Assembly (NCBI GenBank): GCA_013239625.1
Contig: MU053881.1
Location: 16,298,373 to 16,362,372 of the forward strand
DNA length: 64,000 nt
Source: Lama guanicoe
Taxonomy: Eukaryota
Direction: 5' to 3'
Numbering within the stretch: the first letter of the stretch is position 1; each line of letters begins with the position of its first letter. Shown one piece after another: positions 13,121-27,010 of the stretch. The position numbers and the translations under genes were made by a program. The notes beneath the pieces are model-generated. The model was not told where the DNA came from and made no database searches. It was given only the letters and a program-made list of their open reading frames with translations.

Positions 13121-14008
13121 ATAGTTTATAAGCTACCAATATTAGTTATGTTAACAAACACCAATAATTAATAAAACAGAATAATTAATAGCTATTGATT
13201 ATTTGGTGTTTACTATGTACCAAGCACTATGCCAAGTGTTTTATAGTCATTACCTCATGAGGTCGATGAAGAATTGAGGCAGAGACGTGAAGTGATATGA
13301 TCAAGATCACTCAGTTTGCAACTATGTCATCTGGGAGTTAGATACAAAATTTTCCCTGTGCCTTAGTTACTATGCTTTAACCCACTATTCTATTGCATGT
13401 CTCTATTTGTAAAGTGATCAAATTACCAAGTTATGATTGACATAATGGAATAACCCGGCAGAACACATATTGTTTTCAGATGCATGTAGAACATTTACCA
13501 AAAGAGACCATAAAATGAGTCTCAACACATTTGAAAGGATTCACATCCTATAAATGGAATTAAATTAGGGGGAAAAAGTAGCAGAATGTTATTTGGGAAC
13601 CTCTCAAACATTTGGAAATGAACATCACACTTCTAAATAGCCCATGGATCAAAGAAGAAATCAAAAGGGAAGTGCTGAAAGTATTTTGAACCAAATGTAA
13701 ATAACACAATATATCAAAGTTTGTGGGATGTAGGTAAAGCAGTATTCCGAGAGAAATCTATAGCATTAAAGTGACTGTATGAAAAAAGATGAAAGGTCTC
13801 ACATCTTAGGGTCAGAAAGAACTATCAAGATCATCTAACCCAACTTTGAGGTTTGAAGCTCCTTATAGCACCCTCTCAAGTGGTTGTGTACCTCTTTTTA
13901 CAGCCCCTTGCCCTGCAGGAGGGAGCGCCTCCCTTTTATAACATTCTATGCCATCTTTGAATGCTCTGGTCTCAGCTTTTCTTTGCAAACAGGGCAAGTG
14001 CTTGTTAC

Positions 14009-14217
14009 CTTTGAGCTAGATGCCAAATACACAACCTTCTTTGCTTCATCCACATGAAGGGTCCAGACCTGTGGTTCAGTGGGATCTTTTGAGCCTCCAT
14101 CCCAAATGGTGAATTTCTCCTGGCCAGAGAGTAAGTTCCACAAGCGCAGGGTACGGTCCTTCGAGGCAGAGATGGCGAGCATCCCTTTGGCAAACACTTT
14201 CACACACCTCACCTCTC
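14009..14217 (-). CDS. NWD1: NWD1 coding exon 12, WD40 (GEVRCVKVF...SASKDRTLRLWN...SSSK)
   Basis: gctgcag|GA ... AAG|gtaaca; 209 nt. Confidence 0.95.
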
Positions 14218-15294
14218 CTGCAGCAGGCCAGGGTGAGGGAGAATATATTAGCTGGGAACATTTTGACCTTCCAACTACCAAAACATCTATTGGCTTGGAA
14301 ATTCCCTGGTTTACCAAAGAAAAGATGGATAGATTCGAACATATCTAGATTACAATTCATGGAATGTGGCAAAGCTAAACTGAGTGCAACAATTGGTTGG
14401 GATTAAGTCAATTGACCAAATTTTGAACTTGTAATAAATAGAGATCACTCAGAGGTACAAAAGTTCAACATCATCCAAGGAGTATTTAAAGTTAATGAAC
14501 AAAAAACAAGGTAAAGTTAGAGGAGAAGACGTCATAATCTTGGAGAGATACTTTTTCTAAGCAAAACTTGAAATTTAGAAGCCATAAAGAGGAAAGATTG
14601 ACCAATTGGATTACATAGAAGTGAAAATTGTCAGGGGGATAAACATGTATTTGAAAGATACACATTGGGAGAAAATATTTGCAGTGTATAACAGATAAAT
14701 GGAGTCCCTCCTTATTAAGCAGAGTTCTTACAAACAGGCAAGAAAAATCTCAATAACCTACCCACAAGTTGGACAAAGAATATAAACAAGAAATTTACAG
14801 CAATAGTACAAGTGGACAATAGGCATTTGAAAAAGATGCCCAATCTCAGTAGTAACCACAAAAATGCAACATGGAATACCAATACCATATCACCCATCAT
14901 ATTGACAAAAACTTTATGGATTGACTACTGGAGTACTGGCAAAGATACAAGAAATCAGTTACTTTCATATCCGGCTGATGGGATAGAAGTTGATACAAAT
15001 TTGTAAAAGGGTGATTTGGTGACATTTATTGAAAGTCAAAATGTGTACTCTCTGTGTTTTGACAATATGCTATAGTTAGGCAAGACATTGTTATCCTGGA
15101 AAGGTGGATAAAGGATACACGGGAACTCTCTGCATGGTTTTAGCAACCTCTGAGTCTACAATTACTTTAGAATAAAAAGCTAAGAGAAAGAGGGAAAATG
15201 AAAAATGTGTATACAATTTGACTCAGAAATCCCACTTCTAGGAATGTGTTTTACAGAAATAATACTGTAAGTGTGTGAAGATGTAGAATGACTT

Positions 15295-15420
15295 AATTTT
15301 TTTGAGGGGGGGGAGGTAATTTGGTATTTATTTATTTATTTTACTGGAGGTCCTGGGGACTGAATCCAGGACCTTGTGAATGCTAAGTGTGCACTCTGCC
15401 ACTGAGCTATACTTTCCCCC
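15295..15420 (-). mobile_element. tRNA-derived SINE (Vic-1-like)
   Basis: Reverse copy; TSD TAGAATGACTT at 15284-15294 and 15421-15431. Confidence 0.8.
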
Positions 15421-16628
15421 TAGAATGACTTTAACTGCAACACTGCATAAAATGAAAACTGAAAACAACTTACTGTCTATGAAAAGGGAGTTGGTTAAAT
15501 GTGATACATCCATGTAAAGAATATTATGCAGGCATTAAAAATAATAAGACAGTTGTACCTACATATACGTTGACCTGATCATCATAATAATAATTAATAC
15601 AATAGCAAATACTTACTGAGTGCTTTCTGTGTGCCAAGCATAGTTGCAAGTGGCTGACATGCATTAGCCTCCTTTAATCTCATAACAACTCTATGAGGTA
15701 CTACTACTCTCCCATCGTATAGATGCAGAAACTGAGGCACAGCTGACTATAGTAACAATCCAAAGCCACATAGTTAATAAGTAATAGAGCCAGGATCTCA
15801 GCCTAGAGCCCAGGCTCTCAACCACTACATCACCTTGTTACAATCTATTGTAACAAAAGCAAGTTGCAGCCCAGTATAGGAAATGCCATGATGTGATTTT
15901 TTGGCAAAAGCTCGAAGTGCAGAGCTGTGTCTGCATAAGCCTAGGGGAAAGCCGCCAGTGGCATATAACAGACTGTGAGCACTGATCACTGCCAGGGGGA
16001 AAGACTGAAGGGTTAGGGGAGAGTAAAGGAAGGGAATTTTACTTTTTTAGAATTCATACGCCAGCAGTATTGGGGGCGATTTTTATTTCTTGCTATTTGG
16101 GTATTTTTTTAACCGAAATTTCTATAAATGGTAATGCTTTGTAATATACCCCCATACACAGGATGCTCTATCATTGTTAAAATGAATTAGATATATACGT
16201 ACATATGATATGGAAGGAGGCAAAATGTGATGTTAACTAAAAAAAAAAACAGGTCACACACGCTTACATGACTATATATAACCATATATGTACACGGAGT
16301 TAGGAAGAGATGGTCAGAGAACACCACTTCCATCACACGGATACAATAGCCAAGAAGAAAGAGAAGAATGTGGTACAAATGAACTCATCTACAAAACAGA
16401 AACAGACTCACAGGCATAGAGAACAAACTTACGGTTACCAGGGGGCAAAGGGGTTCGGAAGGGATAAATTGGGAATTCGAAATTTACACCTTTTGGGGAG
16501 TGGTGGCAATGTTAGCTATCTTGATTGTGGTAGTGGTTTCATGGGTGTATACATCTATCAAAATTCATCAAATTTTACATCTGAAATATGTGTAGTTTAC
16601 TGTATAGGAATCATACCACAATAAAGAT

Positions 16629-16665
16629 TTAATTAATTTAATTAATTAATTAATTAATTAATTAA
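16629..16665. repeat. (TTAA)n self-complementary microsatellite
   Basis: About 9 TTAA units with one extra T. Confidence 0.9.
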
Positions 16666-19130
16666 AACTCAGGGAAAGAAGAAAGAAGAAAAGAGTAGAG
16701 TATGGTAAAATAATTAGAAAGTGACGAGCTTTGAGTATTTATTACTTTTTTAAATGGAATTGATTTAGTTGTATGTTTCTACAATTTAAGGCTGAATAAC
16801 GGCTGTGTGACATTGTGGCTATTGACAACCACCTCACCAAATTCCTGAAAATTTCCCAGTTGGCTCTGAAACCTCAGTGCTAACCACCGCCAACATGCTA
16901 CCACGTGATTGGAAACCTTTCACATTATATAGGTTTATAGCACGTTCAGTGTTTTCAGTAAGTTGAGTACTGAGTTTTTCTGATTACAAATAATAAGAGT
17001 TTCAGGACTTTGAAAAATGAGTCAAGGTCACCGTCAGTAGGTGGGCTCAGGCATTGAACAGAAGGCTCACACCCAGATACAGAGATTGACTAGACCTCTG
17101 GGAAAACAGCCATCCGGATAATGATAAAACAAAGTGAATCTTTTTTTTAAATTACAAGTAAAGTTTATTTTCCCAAAGGAACTTTATTCAGGCATACTAT
17201 TAATTTAAAAAAAAAAGAGCTCAAGAGGGGAATTTATATCCTGTTCTCAAGCACTAAACTTTTATAAACTAAAAATTTCTCTAAGCGATTTATCATTGGG
17301 AGGGGCAGTATACCCTTCTTAACGTTCTGAATCTGAATGTTAATGTCCTCAGCTTAGACTAAGGCGTTGTTATTATAAGACCACGCCATCATATTCCAAT
17401 TATTCTCAGTTGAATGCTACCATGAGTTTTTTTTCCCTCTGAGAGATTGCATGACTTAAAAGTACATCACATTCACTGTGGGGAAACACGGGGAATCTTA
17501 TTTGACAGATAGTCTATCAGGACTCACCCCACTCCGACCCCTCAGACAAAAAGAGTCAAATGAAAACACCTAATACTGGGAGCTTTGGGGTGGGGGAGTG
17601 TTTTAATCTGCTACAGTCTGTTTGAAAACAATGACATGACACTTCACGAAACCCATAGGAATCATCGCACCTTCCAATTCAAGGGTGCCATTCACTGAAA
17701 ATAGTCAACAAGATGAAGAAAATACTGCCAGAGTAAAAACAGATTCATCCCAGTGTCATCCAAGCAGCAGATAATTAGAATTAGCCTAAATAGCCAAATG
17801 TTTTTCTAATAGCTTAATAAATTCTGGAACATGATCTATCAAGGAAAATGAAATATTTTTGCTGCATTTAAATATTACAAAGATGAAGATTCGATGGATC
17901 ATAGCAGCATTATCCATAACAGCCCCCAACTGTAAATGTCCTTCAAGGGATGAATGGATGAAAAGCTCTCTTCCTTCCACACAATGGAATACGACTCAGC
18001 AAGGCAAAGGCACAAACTCTCAACAAATGTAATAATACAGATGGATGCCAGTGTATTGAGTGGAGTGAACGAAACCAGATGCAGAAGGTCACCTAGTGTA
18101 CAATTCCTTCCGTATGAAATATCCAAAGAGGCAAAATTTGTAGACTCAAAAACCACATCAGTGGTTGCCATGGAGCTGAGGGTGGAAGCGGGGATGGACT
18201 GCAGAGGCAGCAGGAGGGAATCTCCCTGTGTTGATGGAAAGTTCCACAGCAGGATTATGGTGATGGTGGTACAACTTGGTAAATTTACTAAAAATTTACT
18301 GAATCGTACGTTTCATACATATCTTGTATGGTATGTAAATTATACCTCCATAAAGTTGTGTTAAAAAAGATTCAGTGAAAACAAACGAATGTTTATGGCA
18401 CAATGTTGAGAAACAAATAATGAAATAGTGTACATGCTTAGATTGCCATGAGAAAATATTTTAACATCTTTATTGAGATATAATTCACAAGCATGAAATT
18501 CACCTATTCATGTACACTGTTTTTTCTTCTTTTAATGTTCCCAGAGTTATGCAACCATCACCACGGGCTAGGTTTAGAATATTTTCAAAACCTCAAAAAG
18601 CTGTCACTCCCTCCCCTTCCTCTCCTTATCATTTAAACCATCTTAAAGTGTATAATCAGTAATACCTAGTACATCCACGATGTTGTGCAAACATCACCTC
18701 TGTCTGATTCCAGAACATTTTCATCATCTAAAAAGGAAGCCCCACCCCTATCAGCAGTCACCCTTCCTCCTACTGCCCACCCCCGGCCCCTGGCAACCAC
18801 TAATCTGCTTTCTGTCTCTACGGATTAACCTGTTCTGGATCTTTCATGTAAATGAACCATACATGTGGTCTTTTGTGACTGGCTTCATTTGATACCATGT
18901 CCCAAGCCCCAGCCTCACAGCTTCCTTGCTATTTGGTAAATATGCCTTTTCCCCACCTCAGGACCTTTGCACTGGCTGTTTTCTGTGCCTGGGATGTTCT
19001 TCCCACTCTCCTGCCCTTTGCAAACTTATTCCTTCATACCCTTTGTAACTTGGCTGAATGTCCCTGCTCAGGGAAATCCCTTCCCTAACTGCCCTATGTT
19101 GGTCCCTTTGGTTATTGTAGCTCATGACAC

Positions 19131-19698
19131 TGAAAGAGTAGGAAACTAACTAACAGAATGGCTTCCCCGATGCTAAAGCTGTTTGCTGATTCACTGTGAC
19201 TTAAAATTCTTGCAATCTGTTTTCCTCTTTTCTTGACAAAACCTCATCTCTGCTTCACTCGCTCAACAGCATTTGTGCTAAACAGTCCTCAACCTTCCTA
19301 TTACACTCTCCACTCCCTATAAATTCTTTACCCAGAATAGCTTATCCTTTAACCCAGAAGCTGTATTCCAGAAAAGTGGTCATGGGCTGATAGCCTCAGA
19401 AGAATGAACAGACTCCGGAGTTTCTCCATGACGCCAGGTGGATTCATCAAGATTAAGAGGTATACGGCCCCCTGGAAAACACCCCGATTGTTGTCGCCTT
19501 TCTGTTCCAACCAGTTTTTCTATAAAACCTCAGGACACCAACCCCAAAAGGGATTCACAGTCTTTGAGGCATTAGCCTCTGCAACTCCCCTTTGCCTGGC
19601 AAAGCAATAAAGCTGTCCTTTTCTAATTCTCCCAAAACCCTGCCTCTGAGTCTCAGTTTGGCTACTGGGATTCAGAGGCTGGTTTTTTTTTGGCAACA
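19131..19698 (+). mobile_element. solo ERV LTR (ERV1-like)
   Basis: TG...CA ends, TATAAAA 19521-19527, AATAAA 19606-19611, near TSD ACAC/ACAG. Confidence 0.75.
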
Positions 19699-20121
19699 AC
19701 AGCCTGTCTTCCTCATTACACTTATCACTATTTGTGACTACATTTTCGTCTGGCTTATCTTCCCAAACGCGTGGGCCTGACTTGGGGCCAAGATTAGGAT
19801 AAGACAAGTGAGGTACCTGCCTTGGGTGCAAAGTTTAAGGAAGTGCCAAATAACTGAGTTTCCCTTTTGTCTCTAGGTAGAGTATGGCTTGACACAGCAC
19901 TTTTTTTGTTTTTTGTTTTGTTTTGTTTTTTAAACAGTTATTGTTCAAAGCTACTATGTTTGGGGTGTTTTGTTACACAGCTATAGCTAGCTGATGCAGG
20001 AACAAAGGCCAGGGTTTTGATACAGAGAAGTGAATTTGTGTTGAAGGGACTCTGGGGACTGACTGATGACCGTGGGACACTAGGAAGAAGCTGGTCATGA
20101 ACCTCGCTTCCCGAGCTTCAC

Positions 20122-20244
20122 CTGTGTGTCCAGTTAGCATGTGGATCACCTGCTGCTCTTCCATGTCCCACACAGCCACGACGCCCTCCTGGGTGCCCAC
20201 CACCAGCAGTTTCTCTTCCAGGCTCCACGCCATGGCAGTGATAC
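20122..20244 (-). CDS. NWD1: NWD1 coding exon 11, WD40 repeat (GITAMAWS...VAVWD...LTGHT)
   Basis: gactgcag|GT ... ACAG|gtgaag; 123 nt. Confidence 0.95.
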
Positions 20245-20512
20245 CTGCAGTCACACAGAAACAAGAGCTCCTGGGTCTGAGTATTGAGCCACAAGTACTT
20301 TCATGGGCCCCCACTTCACAGATAAAGAGATTGAAGCATAGATAGAGAGGGTTCCTTGTCTAAAGCCACACATCTAGAAGGGGCAGGACCAGGATTTCAA
20401 GGCCAGTGCTGTCAGAGGCCAGATTCAGATGCTGGGTTCTAATGTTTACATTGCTCTGTGGTAGGAAAATGGACTGAACCACTGCTCAGTCATAAGCGTG
20501 GCTAGCTCACCG

Positions 20513-20700
20513 GTTCCTTCTCGGGGGCAATTCTGCTCCCCAGGGCACCCTGGGAAGTGTTTGGAGACTTTTTATTTGTTGTTACAACTGGTGACCAAGG
20601 TGCTACGGCATCTGATGGGTGGAGACCAGGGATGCTGTTCAACATCTTACAGTGCCCAGGGTGGCCCCCACCAGACAGAATGGTCCAGCCCCCAGTGTCA
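20513..20700 (+). mobile_element. MER20-like
   Basis: GGCATCTGATGGGTGGAGACCAGGGATGCTG core. Confidence 0.65.
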
Positions 20701-22169
20701 GTCATGCATGGCTACGGGCACCATTGGAGAAGACTCGGGAAGGGGATTATATTGGCTGAGAATGAGGACCCTGCTTTTGACTTCTCCTTGAGTTCAATCT
20801 GTGTGGAAAAATAAGAGCTGGTGCCCCAAAGAGAAAATATTTGCCAATAGTTTGAACAAACACAGCCCAAGGTTCTCTGTTGATTTGTCCTTTGCTGAGG
20901 AGAGAGAGAGACCGAGTTACACTGAAGAAAACATCAGCCCAGATATTAGGAGACCAGACTTTCCGAATGCCCTCGGGTCAGTCCCTTTCCTGCTCAGTTT
21001 CCCCACATGTAAAATGGTGGGAGAGACATTGAAATCAGAGCCAGTGCAGAGAATCCAGGATTTGGTTTCCACTTCAGTGGGACAGAGCATGAGGAGACAG
21101 GTTTGTTTTTCTTCTCTTTTCTTTCTTTTTTTCCCCTTCATTTTTTGTGACTCACTCACTGTGTGACCTTGGAAATGTGAACTCAAACTTCTCACTTTGA
21201 AAATGAAACTGAAGCCCAGAGTGGGTGGGAACTTTCTCAACTTCAGCATGACCAGAGCTCAAACAACTGGCACAGTGGGTCTGAAACACAAAACATCTCC
21301 CTGCCCCAGAGATGCCAAAAACCAAAATCTCCATTCTGAGATATAACTGCCTTTGCCTCTACTACGGCAGACATCACTAATCAATCACCATACTATCTGT
21401 GATTTGTCCATGCCCCTCTTTCCCCTACCTCCACTGCCATAGCTATTCCATCATGCCTCCTCTAGCAGTAAAACCCACAGCCTATAGATTTGAGCTGAAT
21501 ATGTGGTTACTCACACAAAGGCCATATTTCCCAGGCTCCCTTACAGTCAAAAATGGCCAAGTTCCCACTAGTGAGACATGAGCAGAAGTAGTAAGTTCTG
21601 CTTCTGGGCCATCCCTTGAAAGGAAAAGGTCTTCCATCTACTTCTTCCCACTTCCCACTGGATGGAATGCCACTGTGGTGGTCGGAGCTAGAGCAGCCAT
21701 TTGGGGCCATTAAGTGGAAGCCTCACACTGAAAATAGCAGAGCCACGAGATTGAAAGATTCTGGGTCCCTGACACCCTAAAGACACCGTATGACCTTTAC
21801 TTATGCCTGGACAGTTGTGTGTGAGAGAAATGAACTCCTGTTTTATTTGAGCCAGTGCTACTTTGGCCTTTGTTACAGCAACACAACATGTCTCATAACC
21901 CATACACATTCTTTCCTATTAAACCAGGTACAGTCTCAGAATCCTCCTCACCACAGCATTCCAGTAGCTGACTCTAAATCAACTCTTCCATGCATTGTAT
22001 TTAGCGGCCCTTAGAATTTCTATTTGGGCAGCACTGTGCCTTGGAAGCGTAGCTTTCCCTACAAGGCCACGTGGCACAGAAATGGCCTAAGTCATAAGAG
22101 CTAGTACTTGAATCACAAGCTGATTGTATTCAATGGCCTCAGGATTAATGTGAGAGATTGTGGGCAGGC

Positions 22170-22560
22170 AGATAAAGGGATGGATGAATGGAGGTGGACT
22201 GGTGGATAAGTGGACAGAGAGAGGCCTGGTTGGATGAGTGCATGAGTGGATGGATGAGTATTAGATGGTAGGTGGATAAACCATCTGATAGGTGAGTGGG
22301 CGAGTTGATGAATGGCTGAGTTGTGTGGATGGGTGGTGGGTAAGTGAGTAATAGAAGATGGCAAGATGGGAGAAATGGAAGGATGAGTGGTGTGGAGAGA
22401 GGGGTGGAAGGAAGGACGACTAAGGAAGTATGGATGGCTGGGGGTGGATGGATGGATGGAAGGGAAGGAAGGAGGTGGATGAAAGGACAGACAGATGGAA
22501 GGAAGGAAGGAAAGGGAGGAAGAAGGGATGGATGGATGGATGGGTGACAAGTGGATGGAG
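22170..22560. repeat. degenerate (GGAT/GGAA)n purine-rich simple repeat
   Basis: Direct reading of repeated TGGA/GGAA units. Confidence 0.85.
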
Positions 22561-22967
22561 AGACCCCTCTGGTCCCTCTGACATCTGGTGTCCCAGGGAG
22601 GACCTACAAGTTCCTCCAGCTTCCCAGGGGCCAGTGGGGCACCAACCCCTGGCTACCAGACTTCCTAGCTGGAGCCTGTAAACTGCAGAAGCCGTCAGTC
22701 AGATGGGCACGGAGCTCTTGGAGCCGAGACCCCAGGGGCATCCCCTCGCTCCGGGCTCATTAGCAGTATTTACACAAGTAATCTGCAGTCCCTAGGGGGC
22801 AGAGGGAGCTGAGTCAGCATGAGACAGCAGGGGCAGGCCCTGATGGCACCCCTGGGGCTTCCCGGCTGGCAGAGGGGAGCCCCAGAGAGCAGCCCGAAAC
22901 ACCTGTGAGCCACTTGCCCCAGCCAGGTAAGGACTGGCAGGATTTTTGCTAAGCTGGGGAGACCCAC

Positions 22968-23165
22968 CTTTGTGACAGCCAGTGAGGGTGGCCAGGAGGG
23001 GTCCTCCCGGGGGCTGGAGGAATCCTCCGAGGGGCACCAGCACGGGGTGTGGGCACACCCGGAACCAGCTCTGCGCCTGTTGGCATAGCTGTCCCACCAG
23101 TGCCGGGTGTGAGGTGGCGAAGAAATGGAGTCTGGCCAGGAGTTCTGTATACAGGACACTTCTCT
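22968..23165 (-). CDS. NWD1: NWD1 coding exon 10 (ERSVLYTELLARL...LTGCHK)
   Basis: gttgcag|AG ... AAAG|gtgggt; 198 nt. Confidence 0.95.
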
Positions 23166-23871
23166 CTGCAACAGAGGGGATACCGGTTAAGGGGAAGGGC
23201 ACTGCTTCCCCAGGATCAAGCCCCCGTTCTGTCGTCCACTCCTGCCCCTTTTTCTGTTCTCCAGACACACAGGCTCCTACTTCAAGTGCAGGTTTCCAGC
23301 CTCTAGGCCTTTGCCTGTGCTGTTCCCCCTTTTCTCATGCCAATCACCTCGTCATCCTCATCTTAACTCAAAGATCACTTCCATAAAAAGCATCCTTCAG
23401 CCCAACCCTCCGATCCCCTCCCTCCCCTCCCCCAGATCAGTTACAATTTGACATTTTGTTACACATTTATTTGATGGCTCAGCCTCTCCCTGCCCCAACC
23501 CCTCCACACTAAGTGCTAGACCATGGGTCTCCCGAAAACAGAGGTGATGCCGGTCTTGTTCATTGCTGCGTTCTGAGTGCCTGACACCCCACAAGTGTCT
23601 GTTAGAGAAATAACGATCATTTCCCCAGCCCGTCATAGTTACGGAGTGGGTTAGCATCCTGTGGCTGCTGTAACAAGACAACCTGAGGGGCTTCAAACAA
23701 CAGAACTTTCTTCTTGCACAGTTCTGGAGGCCAGATGTCCGAAATCAAGGTGTTGGCAGGAGGCAGGGCTGTGCTTGCTCCAGAGGCTCTAGGGAAGGAT
23801 GCTTCCTTGCGTCTTCCAGCTTCTGGGGTCTCCAGGCATCCTTGGCTTGTGGCCACATCCCCCAACCTCTC

Positions 23872-24525
23872 TTTTTTTAATTTTTAATTTTTTATACAAC
23901 TGTAAAAGGTATGAACCCTCCCTTTACAGTTATTACAAAATACTGGCTACATTCCCCGTGTTGTACGGTACATCCTTGTAACCTATTTTACACCCAATAG
24001 TTTGTACCTCGCACTCCCCCCATATTGCCCCTCTCTCCTTCCCTCTCCCCACTGGTAACCACGAGTTTATTCTCTATATCCGGAGTCTGCTTCTTTGTTA
24101 TATTCACTAGTTTGTTGTATTTTTTAGATTCCACATATAAGTGATATCACATGGCACTTGTCTCCCTCTGTCTGACTTAGTTCACTTAGCATAATGCCCT
24201 CCAAGTCCATCCATGCTGCTGCAAGTGGCAAAATTTCATCCTTTTTATGACTGAGTATTATTCCATTGTGTATCTACCACATCATCTTTATCCAGTCATT
24301 GGTTGATGGGCAGTTTGGTTGCTCCCACATCTTGGCTATTGTAAACAGTGCTTCTATAAACATTGGGGTGCATGTATCTTTTCAACTGAGTGTTGTTGTT
24401 TTTTCAAGTAAATACCCAAGAATGGAGTCGCTGGGTCATATGGCCGTTCTATCTTTAGTTTTTTGGGAAGCCTCCACACTGCTTTCCACAGTGGCTGCAT
24501 CAACTTACATCCCCACCAGCAGTGT
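23872..24525 (-). mobile_element. L1 3' fragment inserted into an MLT1-like LTR
   Basis: TTAGATTCCACATATAAGTGATATCA...CCCACCAGCAGTGT; MLT1 sequence resumes on both sides. Confidence 0.7.
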
Positions 24526-25330
24526 GAGCGGGCATGGCCCCAGTCTCTACCTCTGTCTTCACGTGGCCTGTTCCTCTCTGCATTTGCTTCTTTTCTGGTT
24601 CATGTCTCCCTCTGTTTCCCTCTTATAAGGGCACTTGTGATTACACTTTGGGTCCAGCTAATCACTTTTTTTCCCCCATGAGGTAACAGTCACAGGTTCC
24701 AGGGATTAAGAGGTGACTACATCTTGGGGTGGGGGGAGGGCCAAATTTTTCTGCCTCCCACATAGAGGTGTTCTCATTATTACCCCAAGTGTATAAAGGG
24801 GAAAATTGAGGCATGGAGAGGTTAAGCAACTTACACAAGGTCACACAGCCAGTTAAGAGGCAGGAATCTGACCCCAAAAGTTTGATTCCAATCGCCAGTG
24901 AAGAGCAAGGACACTGGAGGGAGACAGTTCATTTTGTCCCTGTTGTTGGAGTGTCCTAACTGTGGGGCCTGGGGCAGCGGTGACAACACCCTGTGCCTTG
25001 GTTTGTGGGTGGGTGGAATAGGGCAGGGCCAGGACCAGGGGCAAGTGCTCCACTGACCACGGGTGCAAAATTTAAGGTGGTGCCAACAAACTCAACTGTC
25101 AAGATAAATACTATCTTACAATGTAATTTTTTTTAAATCAAAATGAACGCCCCTCAAGTCCATTTTGAACAAAATGTCAGTCTTTTAAACAAAAACAAGG
25201 TCAGAAATGGCACCATGCCCAGGCATCCTGGAGCCTGAGGCAACAGGAGAGATCGGGAATGCAGATCTGCTTTCAGGAGCTGGCCGAAAGTGCTGGAATG
25301 AGGCGAGAGTGCGTGGTTGCTCCCACTCCG

Positions 25331-25347
25331 CTCCGCCATCTGGCGGC
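25331..25347 (-). promoter_or_regulatory. CTCF-like motif
   Basis: Minus strand GCCGCCAGATGGCGGAG. Confidence 0.45.
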
Positions 25348-26295
25348 AACATTCATTTCTACACTTTCTCGAGCTGGACAGCCCTAGGTTGTCAATCAAG
25401 GGATAAGGCAAAGAACCTACTGTGATTTGAGCGTTTACATCTTCCCTTAAACTGGGCAGTTGTACCCAACACTGTTTTCCTGGGAAATCACTCCCTTCGA
25501 GCTTTAAAACTCCTGGGGAGCGTGAGTGCACGAGGAAGGTGTAACTGATCATGGGCACCCCCATCTTTCACTGGGGCGGGATCCTAGACACACTTTAACT
25601 CTGTCCCACATTTCCAGACGAGGGAAGCAAAGGTTCAGTGCAGAAATGGCTCATCCAACACCGTTCTTGTCAACAACATCAGCGCTGTCACGTGACAGTA
25701 ACAGGTTCCTTGGATGGCGACAGGCTGTGCATGAACTGACTTGCAAATCTTTCCCAGCAGCCCTGGGTGGGAGGGTCAGCTAGCAGCCCTGTTTTGCAGA
25801 TGGGAGAACTGAGGGCTGTAAGGTGGCGATGGGGGTGGGGTAGGGGTGGGAATGGTAAGGGACTTGAGAAGTCACACTGCTGGTAAACGGCAGAGCTCAG
25901 ATTTGAATCAACATGGTGAGGCTTAAAGTCCATGCTTATGGACTGGTTTATGTGGTAGGGGTGAACATTTGGCCAGGAGCAGGTAGATGACATCCCTACC
26001 CTTCCGGAGTTCAGAGTTCAGTGGAACAGACAAATGATGCAGAAGAAAGCCAGCAGAAATAATAACGAAGAGTTAAGCTAGATGGAAACAGCGTGCAGTG
26101 ATGGGAAGTGCAGGGGCTGGTGGCGGCCGGGGCTGTCCAGCTTCAGTGGTGGCCAAACAGGCTTCTCTGACAAAGTAGCATTTGGCAGCTCTGACAGAGC
26201 TGTGGAAGGCATCTCGGAAGTAAGCACCTTCATAAAAACCCTCAAATCAAAACCAGCTGGGAAATGCATGATAAAAACCATCCTGACCACTTCAC

Positions 26296-27010
26296 ACTCA
26301 TTAGGATGGCCATTATTCTTTTTTTATCCAGGAAATAAGAAGTGTTGGCAAGGATATAGAGAAACTGGAACCCTTGTGCCTTGTTAGTGGGAATGTAAAA
26401 TGGTGCAGCCATTATGGGAAATGGTCTGGCAGTTCTTCACAAATTAAACACTGAATGACCGAATGATTTAGCAATTCCACATCTGGGTATATATCCAAAA
26501 GAATTGAAAGCAGGGTCTCAAAAAAATCAGTGTATACCCACGTTCACAGCAGCATCATTCCTTATTAGCAAAAGGGAGAGACAACCCAAGTGTCTATTGA
26601 CTGGTGAATGGATGAGCAAAATGTGATTCATCCACACAGTGGAATATTATTCAGTCTTAGAAAGGAAGGAGACTCTGACCCAGGTGACAACATGGATGAA
26701 CGTTGAGGACATTATGCTGAGTGAAATAAGCCAGCCACAAAAGGACAAATACTGCACGATTCCACTTATAATGAGGTCCCTAGAGCGGACAAATTCATAG
26801 AGACAGAAAGATGGTGGGTGCCAGGGGCTGGGGGAGGGGGAATAAGGAATTAGAATTTAATGAGGACAGAGTTTCAGTTTGAGAAGACAAAAAAGATCTG
26901 GAGATGGATGTGGTGATGGTTGCACAACAACGTGAATGTACTAAATGCCCCTGAACTGTGCAATTCAAACAGTTGATTTTATATTACGTGTGTTTTGCCA
27001 CAGTTTTTAA
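26296..27010 (+). mobile_element. old L1 (L1M-like) 3' fragment
   Basis: GGGAATGTAAAATGGTGCAGCC...CATTATGCTGAGTGAAATAAGCCAG. Confidence 0.75.

Noticed and set aside
18163..18176. X-box-like GTTGCCATGGAGCT
   Set aside because: Imperfect right half, and it lies in the GTGGTTGCCAGGGG segment common to L1M 3' ends.
22113..22550. Pro/His/Ser-rich ORF; similarly 27972..28517
   Set aside because: Translation of simple repeats.
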